A stretch of 64,000 nucleotides of DNA from a bacterium. GTDB taxonomy: Bacteria > UBA8248 > JACPRG01 > G963555815. Shown piece by piece: positions 30,613-40,589 of the stretch (its first letter is position 1; each line of letters opens with the position of its first letter). The notes beneath the pieces were generated by a model that had not been told where the DNA came from, ran no database searches, and saw only the letters and a program-made list of their open reading frames with translations. Location: assembly GCA_965218795.1 (NCBI GenBank), contig OZ244653.1, forward strand, positions 2,848,001 through 2,912,000, given 5' to 3'. The position numbers and the translations under genes are program-made.

Positions 30613-33027
30613 TTGGTGCAAATACCACCCTGGACGATTGTTGCCGGCTTAGGGTCGCTCGACCGGAGTGAGTTGTGCGATTTGTTGGCGGTATTCGAAG
30701 ATTCAAAACTTTTTAACATTGTTGCCGACCGGGTTCGGGACATCACCCAACGCCGGGCGGTCACCGAAGGGATGGAAAACGACCCGGCGTTTCGGCAGCG
30801 CCTCAAGGCGACATCCGACAGGACGAATCAATCGCAACATCCCGACGCTTTGCTGCGACTCAGGCTTTGGCAAGCGATGCGCGCCGCCTTCGAACTGGAC
30901 GCCGCAATTCCGCTATCGACGAGAACGGCCAATCTACGTGCCGCCGATGTGGCCCAACGCGCCGCCGACGCACTCCGCGATACGATCACCGCGAACACAG
31001 AAGAGAAATCCTGGACCGACATCCCTAACCGCCTCCGGTCTCGCGTGGAAGCGTTGTTCTCCCGTGAGCGGGTCGAGTTCAGCGCGGTTGTAGGCGCCCA
31101 GGCCTCGCGCATGGTGGCGAAAGCCGCCGAAGCAGGCACCCTGGACGACGCTGCGAAGGCCGAGTTAGTCAAAAGAATTCGAGAACAACTCGATCAGATA
31201 CCGCCGGAACTGCGGGACAAGTCGGCCGAGCAGGCCCTTAAAGCCGGCGATAAGGCAGCCTTGGCTTTGCTGACATCGGGATCATCTCTGGTGGGCCTTG
31301 GCGTCGCCGTCGAGCTTGCCGGTTTCGGCGCGTACATTCTGGCCGCCAAGGCATCGGCCATTATTCCTCTTCTCGGTGGCCAAAGCGCGGTGTCGTGGCT
31401 GTTCGTTCTTGCCAACCCGCTCTTCATTATTCCGATAATCCTCGGTGGAGGAGTTATCGTCGGTAGCCGTCTCAAACGATCGGTGCGAACGAAGCTGGCA
31501 TCAAGCCTCGCGGTCGAGATGGCCCTGAAGGGCCTCTCTGAGGGCAAAATCAGTCTTCAGATGTGCCTCAACGATTTCAAGTCATTGACTGCTTCCGATG
31601 TCGGCGGGGGCTCGGTAGGTACCAATCAATGGTACCACAGGCGGCTCAATCTCATTCATGATCTGGTCGGCAAACCCCTACCCGCGACGCCCGGCAGGCC
31701 CGAGAAATCCTTGGACAGGGCTCCGACCGGAAAGTCCATGGACGATCTGGAGAAAATCCTGTTCCCGGGTCAGAAGCGTATTGCCGGAGAGGAGATTGCT
31801 GTCGGCGGAATGACCCTCGCCGATGTCGTTTATGACGCGACCGCCATAGACCCTTCGGTGATTGCCGCCCTCGATCGGTCTCGATCGGACGATCTTGCCG
31901 GAATATTCAAGTTCGGCCGCGAGGCCGACCGTATCACGGATTTGTCCGGTGCCGCGCAAGTCGGCGCCGAGAACAATCTTCGAGGCTACGTCGCCGAGGA
32001 GGTCGTAGCTGCGCGTCTCGTCGAAGAGGGCCATCAGGTCAGCAGACCCGATTCGGCCAACCACCCGGGCTTTGACCTGATCGTCGACGGCCGGCCATTT
32101 CAAGTGAAGTGCCTGAGCAACCTCGACAGCCTCGCCGACCACTTCGAAAAATATCCCGACATTCCGGTTCTCGCTAACGCCGAACTAGCGACCGGGATCG
32201 AGGAAGCCGGTTACGCCTGGAGCGACAAGGTGTTCTTTGTCGAAGGCTACGACTACGAACATATCAATCAGATCATGGAGGCGTCGCTTGATGCAGGCGC
32301 AGAACTCGACGATCTCGACATTCCTGCCTTCGCAGTCGCCGTGTCGGCGGCAAAGAACATCCACGCTTGGTGGAAAGGGTCCTTGCCGCTTGCAGATATC
32401 CCCTTCGAGGTTGCTGTCGATGGCGCCGTCAAGGGTAGCTTGTCGGCGGCGGGCGGATTTGTCGGCAACACGCTTGGACTTCTGGTCTTTGGGCCGGCCG
32501 GCGCCATCGTCTTTAGCGGCGTCGGCGGAGCCGCCGCTCTTTTCGGCTCGGGTCGGGTGCGACAAAAGGTCGATCGTGCCCTGGTCGGCGAATGGCTCGG
32601 GCTTGTGGATGCAGACTCCGAGCGGTTTCGGGCATCGCTGAAAAACGCCATGCGGCAAAAGATCGATATCCTCCGTCAAAAGGCCAATCAACTCGACGCA
32701 TTCGATAACGAGCATGTTCCATGGCTAAAACTGCGCCTCTTCGATAACGCGCTTACGATCGCAGAATGCATGGCGGACCTGGAAATCGATTCGGTCAAGC
32801 GCGATCAGCCGGAGCGTGCAACGGCGTATGTACGCCTTATGAGAGAAGCGAGCGTCCACCCCTGGTCGGTCAATTCCGAGCTTACAGCGCTCATGGACAA
32901 TCTCGCCGGAAAGCCGGGCTTGACGGATATTGGGCGCGATCATCTCGATAATGCGATTCGGAAAACCAAGGACTTGGCAACACGAACCCGCACCCGATGG
33001 TTCGAATCGAACAGGTCTTCGGATTGA
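30613..33027 (+). CDS. 804-aa hypothetical protein: hydrophobic Gly/Ala-rich segments plus a PD-(D/E)xK-like motif
   Basis: RGYVAE...HPGFDLIVDGRPFQVKC; two hydrophobic hairpin regions; start codon uncertain. Confidence 0.7.
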   Translation: MVQIPPWTIVAGLGSLDRSELCDLLAVFEDSKLFNIVADRVRDITQRRAVTEGMENDPAFRQRLKATSDRTNQSQHPDALLRLRLWQAMRAAFELDAAIPLSTRTANLRAADVAQRAADALRDTITANTEEKSWTDIPNRLRSRVEALFSRERVEFSAVVGAQASRMVAKAAEAGTLDDAAKAELVKRIREQLDQIPPELRDKSAEQALKAGDKAALALLTSGSSLVGLGVAVELAGFGAYILAAKASAIIPLLGGQSAVSWLFVLANPLFIIPIILGGGVIVGSRLKRSVRTKLASSLAVEMALKGLSEGKISLQMCLNDFKSLTASDVGGGSVGTNQWYHRRLNLIHDLVGKPLPATPGRPEKSLDRAPTGKSMDDLEKILFPGQKRIAGEEIAVGGMTLADVVYDATAIDPSVIAALDRSRSDDLAGIFKFGREADRITDLSGAAQVGAENNLRGYVAEEVVAARLVEEGHQVSRPDSANHPGFDLIVDGRPFQVKCLSNLDSLADHFEKYPDIPVLANAELATGIEEAGYAWSDKVFFVEGYDYEHINQIMEASLDAGAELDDLDIPAFAVAVSAAKNIHAWWKGSLPLADIPFEVAVDGAVKGSLSAAGGFVGNTLGLLVFGPAGAIVFSGVGGAAALFGSGRVRQKVDRALVGEWLGLVDADSERFRASLKNAMRQKIDILRQKANQLDAFDNEHVPWLKLRLFDNALTIAECMADLEIDSVKRDQPERATAYVRLMREASVHPWSVNSELTALMDNLAGKPGLTDIGRDHLDNAIRKTKDLATRTRTRWFESNRSSD

Positions 33028-33054
33028 ACGAAGGCTTTATACGGGCGTTGACCG

Positions 33055-33455
33055 ACCACAGACCTCGCGCAATCTCGATCTCCTGCTTTACACCCGTTCG
33101 GTGATCGCCAATATGGTCCGGGGAGGGGACGGCAAGGGGTGCACCATGTCCCACGAGAAGCTCTATACCTCGAAGACGTTGATCGGCGCCCTGTATCGAA
33201 GCGAGCTGGTGTGCGATCTGGACAGGCTCGTCTAGCGGGATCGAGAAGACCCATGTGGACGGGCGGTTCGAGATCGCGGGCATGTCGAGATCGACGCGGC
33301 GATGGCCGAGCGGGGTCTCAGCGATGCGGGGGAGACTCCGCGCCTCGCCTAGCGCGCAGTGCTCATGACCCGCGCCCACAAGTGCGACATGGACAAGGCG
33401 GCGCAGGAGAAGGTTCCAGAGCCGAAATCCATCAGGCACGATCTCAGGCTGTCGC
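33055..33455 (+). pseudogene. Decayed MOBF relaxase remnant
   Basis: TSRNLDLLLYTRSVIANMVRGGDGK...EKLY matches 27795-27950, followed by fragments resembling later parts and the C-terminus of the relaxase. Confidence 0.8.
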
Positions 33456-33679
33456 CCACGCTATCATGCGGGCGCCGATCGGTTACGAGAACTGGCGGAC
33501 ACAGCGCTGGTCGACCTGCGTGTAGAGTCGGCACCACGCCATCGGTGAATATCTTTCGGTATTCGAGAGTGTCGCAGACCCGGAAGACAGGATGTCGGAG
33601 GAAAGAGGAGATGGCTCAAAGCGTTCGGCTCAGGTCAAGGCGGGAGTTCACCGGGAAGGGTGCAAATACTCGACCGCCG

Positions 33680-34645
33680 TCAATCGTCGATGGCGGCCTC
33701 CTCGATCAGTTCGGACACTCGCTTTACACAGTTCACGAGCGATCCGACATCTGAGCGCCGGGTGATGTACCACCGGGGGCCGTGAGCAACTTTGTTTCTG
33801 TATCGTTCCAGAAACCGGATTTCCTTGCTCTTAATCGTTATGAAACCCTCGCGTTTCGCAGCTCGTAGCAGCGATCCGAATTTGAACCGCTCTATTTCTC
33901 TTTCTGGACCAGAGCCCATTTTGCCCAGCGAACCCATGTCCAATCCCTCGTCGGTTCGGACAATGTCCAGCAACTGCGGTTGCCTGATGCACAATTGCCG
34001 CGCAAGCAAAGTTTCCAGATGAGAAAATTTTGTAAAGAGCAGAACGCGCACGGGGAGCCTTTGCAGATCTTCGACGTCGATAGTCCCGAGTTTCTCCCCG
34101 GCTAGTTGGACCAACCGAAAGGGCCGTACGTCCGCCGTGAGGAGGTAATCGATCAAAGGGCTGTCCCCATGCAGCCAGTTGTCCGGGCCCAACGGTTCGA
34201 ATACATCTTTCACGAGCAGGTTCTGTTTTGGGTCGTTGTGCTGGACCTCCCCACGAGCTCTATCCAGATCAAGGACGCCAGTTGCGTTTGTTCCGTCTAT
34301 TACCGCCATGTATCTGAGCCGCCGGACTTCCGGATGCGCAATCAGATCTCTAACTTCACGGGACTCTTGGCAGGCAAAGATCGTTTCCTTTTGGCAAACG
34401 GAACTCACCGGGAAGCCCTGCCTGATGATGGTCTCGACCACTTCTGTTGGCGTTCCTCCGCTAGCCGATGGATCCGGCAGCCACGGGTCGACGGCCAAGG
34501 ATGCGGCCGATCCTGTGGTGCCGTCATCTTTGACCCATATCTGCAATGCGCCCGCCGGTATGTAAACCCTGTCTCCCGCGCGTATTTCAACGCCGGTGCT
34601 CCTGTTTTCCGAGTCAGCTTCGCTGCTCTTTTTTTGATCGTTCAT
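33680..34645 (-). CDS. CBS-like domain protein with C-terminal HEPN-type motif
   Basis: MAVID...GVLD and LVQL...GTIDVEDL CBS-like pair; RNKVAH (R-x4-H). Confidence 0.6.
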   Translation of the reverse strand: MNDQKKSSEADSENRSTGVEIRAGDRVYIPAGALQIWVKDDGTTGSAASLAVDPWLPDPSASGGTPTEVVETIIRQGFPVSSVCQKETIFACQESREVRDLIAHPEVRRLRYMAVIDGTNATGVLDLDRARGEVQHNDPKQNLLVKDVFEPLGPDNWLHGDSPLIDYLLTADVRPFRLVQLAGEKLGTIDVEDLQRLPVRVLLFTKFSHLETLLARQLCIRQPQLLDIVRTDEGLDMGSLGKMGSGPEREIERFKFGSLLRAAKREGFITIKSKEIRFLERYRNKVAHGPRWYITRRSDVGSLVNCVKRVSELIEEAAIDD

Positions 34646-34961
34646 TTCCGCTCCGTTGCAGCCGCTTTCCGGTAAATCGTTGCCGCACGCTGTCGCGGTG
34701 AAAAGCTCGATTTTCTCCTATGCGTACCGATGGTTCTCCGTTGTCCTCATGATGAAGGATCTGTCAAGCTTCGGTTCGTCCCAGCAGGTGACGGCCCAGA
34801 AGATACCGGTTTTCCTGCTTGATGTCGTCGCCCGAGAGGGCGATCTCGTACTTTTCCGCAAGCCATTCTTGATAGTGCGGATACTATCTGTCTCGTCGAA
34901 TCCTTCCGTTTCATTCTCACGGTCACCCATGAGTGTTGTCTTATTATGAAATTCCAGACTC

Positions 34962-35294
34962 TTATCGCCTGTTCCGCAAATTGGCGGACGTCTTATCCGG
35001 TGCCTCGTCCGGCAATTCCGGCGCGATCTCGGAGATGTTCCGACTGATTTCCTCGACCTCCTCCTCTCGTCCGGCCCTCTCCATGTCCCTGGCCATGGCC
35101 TGGGCCGCGAACATCGCCGACCGAAGGAGCTGGATCTCGTGCTCCGTGCACGGCCACTCCCTGTGGTCGAGGGCCTCCATCGCAAGCTCGACCACGAGCC
35201 GGTTCGCCGAGATCCCTCGCTCCTCCGCCTCCTTTTCGATCCGATTCCATTGCCCGGGCGTGACCCGAATGTTCTTTTGCAGTGTCCGAACCAT
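34962..35294 (-). CDS. Ribbon-helix-helix protein, putative relaxosome accessory factor (inner element)
   Basis: KNIRVTPGQWNRIEKEAEERGISANRLV; lies on the lagging side of oriT. Confidence 0.6.
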   Translation of the reverse strand: MVRTLQKNIRVTPGQWNRIEKEAEERGISANRLVVELAMEALDHREWPCTEHEIQLLRSAMFAAQAMARDMERAGREEEVEEISRNISEIAPELPDEAPDKTSANLRNRR

Positions 35295-35424
35295 CAGCTT
35301 TGCCGATCCTTTTGTGAAGACTTCAGTCCATTCCGGTCCCGAAATAACAACAAAAAGTCTGCTCCTTGGCGCCTGACGCACCCGTTCCGGACTGAAAAAG
35401 CTTCCCAACGACCCGGAGGCTGGA

Positions 35425-35596
35425 CTACCAGATTGGTAGCCATTATAGCCCGGCGCATCCCCGCGCGCGACCATTTTGATAGTCGGCGTATGCTCATCAG
35501 ATATCCTGCTCGAACTCCAGGCGCGATGCGCCCTTCGATAAGTATAACAATATCAGATAGATAGCGCCGTATATCCATGGGCTACCATATTGGTAG
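35425..35596. promoter_or_regulatory. Two palindromic sites CTACCA-N3-TGGTAG
   Basis: 35425-35439 and 35582-35596, between the RHH gene and oriT. Confidence 0.6.
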
Positions 35597-35678
35597 GACT
35601 TTTTCCGGCATCAGGGAGGCACCTTAAGTCGTCGATTGCGCACAGGACTGCAGGACAAGCGCGCGCAGGGAGCACAGG

Positions 35679-35705
35679 GCACCCCAGGTGCGTTAGGTGT
35701 GAGAG
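35679..35705 (+). other. MOBF-type oriT of the inner element; predicted nic 35700/35701
   Basis: GCACC-CCA-GGTGC hairpin then GTTAGGTGT^GAGAG; same layout as R388/F-type nic regions. Confidence 0.75.
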
Positions 35706-35961
35706 TAAAAGCGCCGACCGGCGTCCGACAGACCAAAATGCGAGGAACGAGCGAAGAGGGGATCTCCGCGGGCGCGGGACGCGCGTGGGAGCCGCCGCGG
35801 CGATTGAGCGGGCGGCCGTGCGGAGCACGGTGCATGGAGCAGTGCGGGACGGAGTCAGCAGTGGGGTTCGCACCGGTGCGGTGCGAAGTGCAGCGGGACG
35901 TGAAGGAAGGAAGAACGGGCCGCACCGCCGGGTGGCGATGCGACCCGCGAGGTCGCTCGGA

Positions 35962-36885
35962 TCAGGCGGCAACGCACTGGACCGGGATACCGAGCTTGCG
36001 CGCCTTGTCGACCAGATTGTCCGTGATGCCCGAACCCGGGAACGCGATGACGCCCTTGGGGAGGAGATCGAGCAGCTCGTCATTGCGCCGGAAGGGAGCG
36101 GCGCGTCCGTGTGCGTCCCAGTCGGGCTTGCAGACGATCTGATGCACGCCGTTGCGGTCCGCCCACTTGGCCGCGATGCGCTCGACGCCGGGGCCGCCGC
36201 CGTGGACCAGGACCACATCGTCGTACTTGGCCTTGAGCCTCTCCAGATGCCGGATGACCGTACCGGCGTCGGTGGCCTGCTTGCCGCCTGCCACCGCCAC
36301 GAGCGTTCCCTGTGGCAGGAGCGCCTTGTTCTCCCGGTCCCTGCGGGCACGCTGGAAGTCGCGGGCGTCGATCATGGCCGAAGTGAGCTTGCCGGTCTGG
36401 CTGGTGTGGGACCCGCGCCGGGGCCGCCAGACATCGCCGGTCTCGATGCGGTAGGCCTCGGCCGCTGCATCTCTGAGCTGCTCGAAGGCGTCCCGCCGGT
36501 CCGTGAGGTTCTTGGTCCGGTCGGTGACGAGTTCGAGCTCTCGGGACCGGATCTCGGAGCCGTCCTGCTCTCGCTGGAGGTCGCGCATGTCGGGGACGAG
36601 CCTGTCGGCCGCGCGGTCGAGGCGCTGGGTCTGCGCGTCGAGCATGTTGACGAAGCCCCAGAGCAGGCTCTCGCGCTCGTCGGCGAGCTGCGTTCCGTCG
36701 GGCGCGACGCCGTGTGCCATGATGCGGAAGGCTTCCGTGACGGCGGAGAGGGCGTTTTCCGGGTCCCAGAGCTCCCGGTTGTCGAATTCGTCTTGCTCCG
36801 GGGTTGCTCCGAAGAGAGCCGCCTGGTCGCAGACGGTGGCGGTGACGGACTGCGCTTGCGCTTGGATGTTGTCGATATCGTTCAT
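35962..36885 (-). CDS. DUF2493 / YspA-SLOG domain protein (307 aa)
   Basis: VAVAGG, LVHGGGPGVE, PDWDAHGRAAPFRRND, FPGSGIT; AAGGAG RBS. Confidence 0.8.
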   Translation of the reverse strand: MNDIDNIQAQAQSVTATVCDQAALFGATPEQDEFDNRELWDPENALSAVTEAFRIMAHGVAPDGTQLADERESLLWGFVNMLDAQTQRLDRAADRLVPDMRDLQREQDGSEIRSRELELVTDRTKNLTDRRDAFEQLRDAAAEAYRIETGDVWRPRRGSHTSQTGKLTSAMIDARDFQRARRDRENKALLPQGTLVAVAGGKQATDAGTVIRHLERLKAKYDDVVLVHGGGPGVERIAAKWADRNGVHQIVCKPDWDAHGRAAPFRRNDELLDLLPKGVIAFPGSGITDNLVDKARKLGIPVQCVAA

Positions 36886-37533
36886 GATGCTCTCCTTATG
36901 GATTGAGTGTAGAGAACCGTTACGGTTCGTTGTGCGGAGAGAGTCTCCGAACGTGATGGTTGAGTGGCCCACGCGCACGCAGCAAAGCCACCGTGGCCGC
37001 AAGGCCTGGCGCGGCGAGTGGCGCGAGTGGTGCGGGCGCACAAGCGACCGCAGGGAGCGCGGAGCCTCGGTCGCGTTTCTCGCCGCGCCTAGGCGCTTCA
37101 GCGCCGTAGCCTTGCGAGCCAAGGCCGGAACGGAGCGTAGCGGAGAGTAGGACCCCTTAGGGGTTGGCGCAGCGAGCACGTGTGGGACAATGGGCCATCA
37201 CGTCGAGAGGGATATTGTTAGCGATTGGCACGGACCCCCTGGGCGGTTCCGGGATTGAGACCCGGGTCTCGGGCGCCGGCCCGGCAAGCGGAGATTGCAG
37301 CGGATAGCCCGGTCCGAAGGGATCGCCGGCATACTGCATGGCCCGTCACTGCAACGGACGCGTATCGACGAGTCGCTCCGCAACCTCGCCGACGCGATTG
37401 CCATCGTGGTAGACCCTCGACTCGTACGGGCGATGCTCCTCAAGGTAACGGTTTGCATTTCGGTTCTCCTTCCGTGTTGCCGATGCCCGGGGCCCTCTCT
37501 CTCCCTCCTCGCGGCGTTCGCCCCTCTCCCGCT

Positions 37534-37849
37534 TCACTCTCCCCTCCGTTCCGCCAGAACGGAGGCCGCCCATGCCGCGGCGCGGGCGAGGACCTGCCCA
37601 TGGCAGGCCAGCGGCTTGCCGTGAAGGGCGGCGAGTTCGTCGAGCCCGACCTCGGCGGCGCGAATGCGGCGCCAGAGATCGGCGCGATAGCGCGCGATCA
37701 CTTCATCGCGCGGTCCGTTCGGACCGATGCGGAACCGGTTTCCCCCATTGAGAGCGGTGGTCGATCCGCACGGTCCCGCCGTGCTCCGCCTTGCCGTCGA
37801 GCGCCGCCCGCAGGGCGGGCGCATGCCTGAGATTGACGATGTGCGCCAC
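37534..37849 (-). pseudogene. DUF4326-like gene, frameshifted, with the WCAPLPC segment deleted
   Basis: RIDHRSQWG / NRFRIG...RDEVIARY...GKPLACHG; extra base in the G5-A3 run. Confidence 0.65.
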
Positions 37850-37873
37850 GCTCCCTTTCTCCTTTGGATCCGT

Positions 37874-38905
37874 TCACCCCTCCCCCGCTCTTCCCTCCCT
37901 CTCTCCGACCCGCTGCGGCGCGGGGAACAGGGCGGCGAGCCGAAGGGCCAGGGCCCGGGGTCCGAGAGTGACCAGATCGTCGTTGAAGTCGCCGTATTCG
38001 GAGACGATGACGTGGGCGGCGACGCCCGCCCGCGCGCAGCGCCGGGCGAGGCGTTGGGCGGCCCGTTCGCCCTCGGAATCGTTGTCGCGGGCGATGACGA
38101 GGCGCGCGACGCCGCCAGGCGGAGCGAACGCGCCGAGGCTTCCGGCCGAGAGCGCGGCGGCCGAAATGACCCCGGGCGCCGCGGTGACGATCGACAGAAC
38201 GGTCTCGATGCCTTCGCCGACGAGCAGCGAAGCGCCGTCGGCGGGCCTGCCGAAGCGCACGGCGCGTCCGTGGATGCGGCCGAGCGCCTTGCGCGGGGCC
38301 GCGACGTCCGCCTTGGCGGGCAAGCGCGGATCGAGCCAGGTGCGCTGCACGCCGTGGATGGCGCCGTCGTCGCCGGTCACGGCGGCGACCAGCGCCGGAA
38401 AACGGCGCAGGGAAGAGCCTTCGCGATAGCGAAGCTCGGGATGAAAGCGCAATGCCGGGAACCGGCAGCGCGCGAGCCCGCGGGCGCGGAGATAGGCCTC
38501 GGCATGGGTGCCGCCGATGGCGAGGCAACGCCGCCAGAGGCGGCGGGCCGCTTCTGTGGCGTCGTAGCTCTCGCCTGACGCCGGCGGAGCCTGCAGGGCG
38601 AGGAAGGCGCGGGCCTCGGCGAGCGCCGCGCGCAGCGTCGGCGCGCCAGAGCGATGCCGGACGAGATCGAGCAGGTCGCCGTGCTCTCCGGTGGCCGCGT
38701 CGGTCCACTTCCCGGGGACGCCGGGACCGTGCAGGCGGACGAAGAGCGAACGCCCGCGAGCGCCTTCGAGATCGCCGGCGACCCAGTACCGGCCCTGCTT
38801 GCGGCCCTGGGGCAGGTAACGCCGGCACACGGCCTCGGCGCTCGCGCCGAGCGCGGCGGCGATGTCGGCGGCGGGAGATGCGGAACGGGACGATGGGGGC
38901 GGCAT
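37874..38905 (-). CDS. Toprim-domain primase-like protein (343 aa)
   Basis: VGEGIETVLS, IARDND, DFND; GGAGG RBS. Confidence 0.8.
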   Translation of the reverse strand: MPPPSSRSASPAADIAAALGASAEAVCRRYLPQGRKQGRYWVAGDLEGARGRSLFVRLHGPGVPGKWTDAATGEHGDLLDLVRHRSGAPTLRAALAEARAFLALQAPPASGESYDATEAARRLWRRCLAIGGTHAEAYLRARGLARCRFPALRFHPELRYREGSSLRRFPALVAAVTGDDGAIHGVQRTWLDPRLPAKADVAAPRKALGRIHGRAVRFGRPADGASLLVGEGIETVLSIVTAAPGVISAAALSAGSLGAFAPPGGVARLVIARDNDSEGERAAQRLARRCARAGVAAHVIVSEYGDFNDDLVTLGPRALALRLAALFPAPQRVGEREGRAGEG

Positions 38906-39038
38906 GACGGGCCTCCTCTGGATGGACGGGGAACGCCCGATACCGGCCGGCCTCCGCCTCCGGCCGGCGCCGGAGGACGAAGCGCCGCGCGTAGCGCTGG
39001 CGCGAGGCCCGAACGGGCGCTGTCTCGGAACAGGCGGC

Positions 39039-39072
39039 AAAAAGAAAGGGCCGACGCGCGAAGCGCCGGCCC
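39039..39072 (-). terminator. Intrinsic terminator after inner ssb
   Basis: GGGCCGGCGC-TTCG hairpin followed by a T-rich tail. Confidence 0.6.
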
Positions 39073-39100
39073 GGGTAGAGGGAGGAAACGGAATGGCCGA

Positions 39101-39532
39101 TCAGAACGGGATCTCGTCCACCGCCGCATCGGCGGACGGCATCGCCGGGTCCGCCCCCGACACCGGCGCGCCGTTGCCGTTGGGCTTGTCGAGGAACTGC
39201 ACGCGCCCGCCCGGAACCAGCAGGATCTCGGTCGAGAACCGGTCGGAGTCCTCGTCGTCCTTCTTCCAGCGCCGGGTCTGCAGCTTGCCCGCCACATAGA
39301 CCAGCCGGCCCTTCGTCGCGTGCTTTTCGAACATGTCCACCAGCCCGGGCTGGAAGGTCACGACCCGGTGCCACTCGGTCTTGTCGACCCGGTCTCCGGT
39401 CTGCTTGTCGATGTAGCCCTCGTCGGTGGCGATCGACAGGTTGGCCACGCGTCCTCCGGTGGCGAGGTGGTTGACGGTGACGTCGGCGCCGAGGCGTCCG
39501 ATCAGTTCTGCGCGATTGAGTCCGAAGGCCAT
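39101..39532 (-). CDS. ssb: Single-stranded DNA-binding protein (intact, inner element)
   Basis: LNRAELIGRLG, TEWHRV, KGRLVYVAGKLQTRRW, C-terminal DEIPF. Confidence 0.95.
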   Translation of the reverse strand: MAFGLNRAELIGRLGADVTVNHLATGGRVANLSIATDEGYIDKQTGDRVDKTEWHRVVTFQPGLVDMFEKHATKGRLVYVAGKLQTRRWKKDDEDSDRFSTEILLVPGGRVQFLDKPNGNGAPVSGADPAMPSADAAVDEIPF

Positions 39533-39626
39533 GATCATTCTCCTTCTATGTGAGGGTGTGGATGACAACGGGTGATGGGAGCGACCGGGACCGGGGTCCT
39601 CTCTCCCCGGCCCCCTTCGGTTCACC

Positions 39627-39767
39627 CTATGAAAGCTCCTCTCCTTCGCCGGTGTCGGCATGGACCGCTTCGGTGAGGATCCTGCGGATGGTGTGCGAGT
39701 CGAGGCCGATCTCGGCGAGCAGTTCGTCATGGGTCGGGATGTCGGGTTCGAAGTCACGGTCGAGCAT
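39627..39767 (-). CDS. 46-aa acidic peptide upstream of ssb
   Basis: Copy of 4958-5098. Confidence 0.55.
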   Translation of the reverse strand: MLDRDFEPDIPTHDELLAEIGLDSHTIRRILTEAVHADTGEGEELS

Positions 39768-40293
39768 GGGCTGGCCTCCTGTTCCGGGTTGCCGTTCCCG
39801 GCATCGGGACCGGGAGACCGTCTCCCTCTTCCCCGCCGGGCGTTCGCCCGGCTCTTGCTTCCCTCTGGCTCTACGGCGAAAAGGCGCTCTGAGACCGTGC
39901 GCGGCCTTCGTTCTCGCCCGGTTGTCGTCGAACACGGACCCGGTCGGGCTTGCGTGCGGTGCGAGTTTCGAGTCGGATAAGGCGCATGGACGACGAGGGA
40001 TTCATCAAACGGCGCAGGTTTTGGCTTCTGGTCTTCTGTGGCTGCCCGCCGGAGTGGTCGCGACCGCCGCTCTCCGCTTCGCGCCGGAGGCGGGACCGGA
40101 GGTGGAGCCCGGGATGTGGCTGTCGATGCTGCTGATGTCGACGGCGTCGCTGATGGCGGGACTGCTTGGCCCAATCGTCATCGCCGACTACGCGATGGTC
40201 TTGAGCCTTCCGGTGTGGATCGCGTGGTGGTGGCGAGCGCGGCGGGGTTGAGGCCGGATGACGTCGGGCCGGCTGCGCAGCAATGCAGTCGGC

Positions 40294-40476
40294 TCACTGC
40301 ACGGTCTTGCTATCCGGTGCGCCGTTCTCGGCGCGCATGGACCGTGCGGCCAGGGTGGTGGGAATGTAGCCGCTCATGTCGTGGATAACGATTCTGATCT
40401 GCTGTAGATCGTTGTCGAGGTCGTAGGCCGGGGAGAAGGCGTAGTAGGGGTTCTTCGGCAGGGTGTGCGCGGTCAT
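40294..40476 (-). pseudogene. Truncated homologue of 3689-3943
   Basis: MTAHTLPKNPYYAFSPAYD...IRIVI; diverges after about 45 aa. Confidence 0.55.
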
Positions 40477-40589
40477 GTGCGGGCCTCCCTTGAGGGGTCG
40501 ACGGTGCGCCGGGGGGCGCGGGTGATAGTCCCCCCGCTGGCGGGCGGCAGGTCGGCAGTACGTACCCCCGGCGAGCCGGCGCATAGAGG

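Larger units (their letters stand above)
35650..39860 (-). repeat. Inverted sibling copy of the outer leading region (4867-5397 plus 44662-48350)
   Basis: Same gene order with near-identical proteins: 46-aa peptide, ssb, toprim, DUF4326, DUF2493, oriT. Confidence 0.92.

Noticed and set aside
35368-35383. Additional nic-like GGGTGCGTCAGGCG on the minus strand
   Set aside because: Lacks the GT^GAGAG and downstream homology shared by the other sites
37698-39374. 558-aa and 547-aa (44656-46299) alternative-frame ORFs
   Set aside because: Overlap ssb and toprim in another frame; low-complexity Arg/Pro-rich products typical of high-GC DNA
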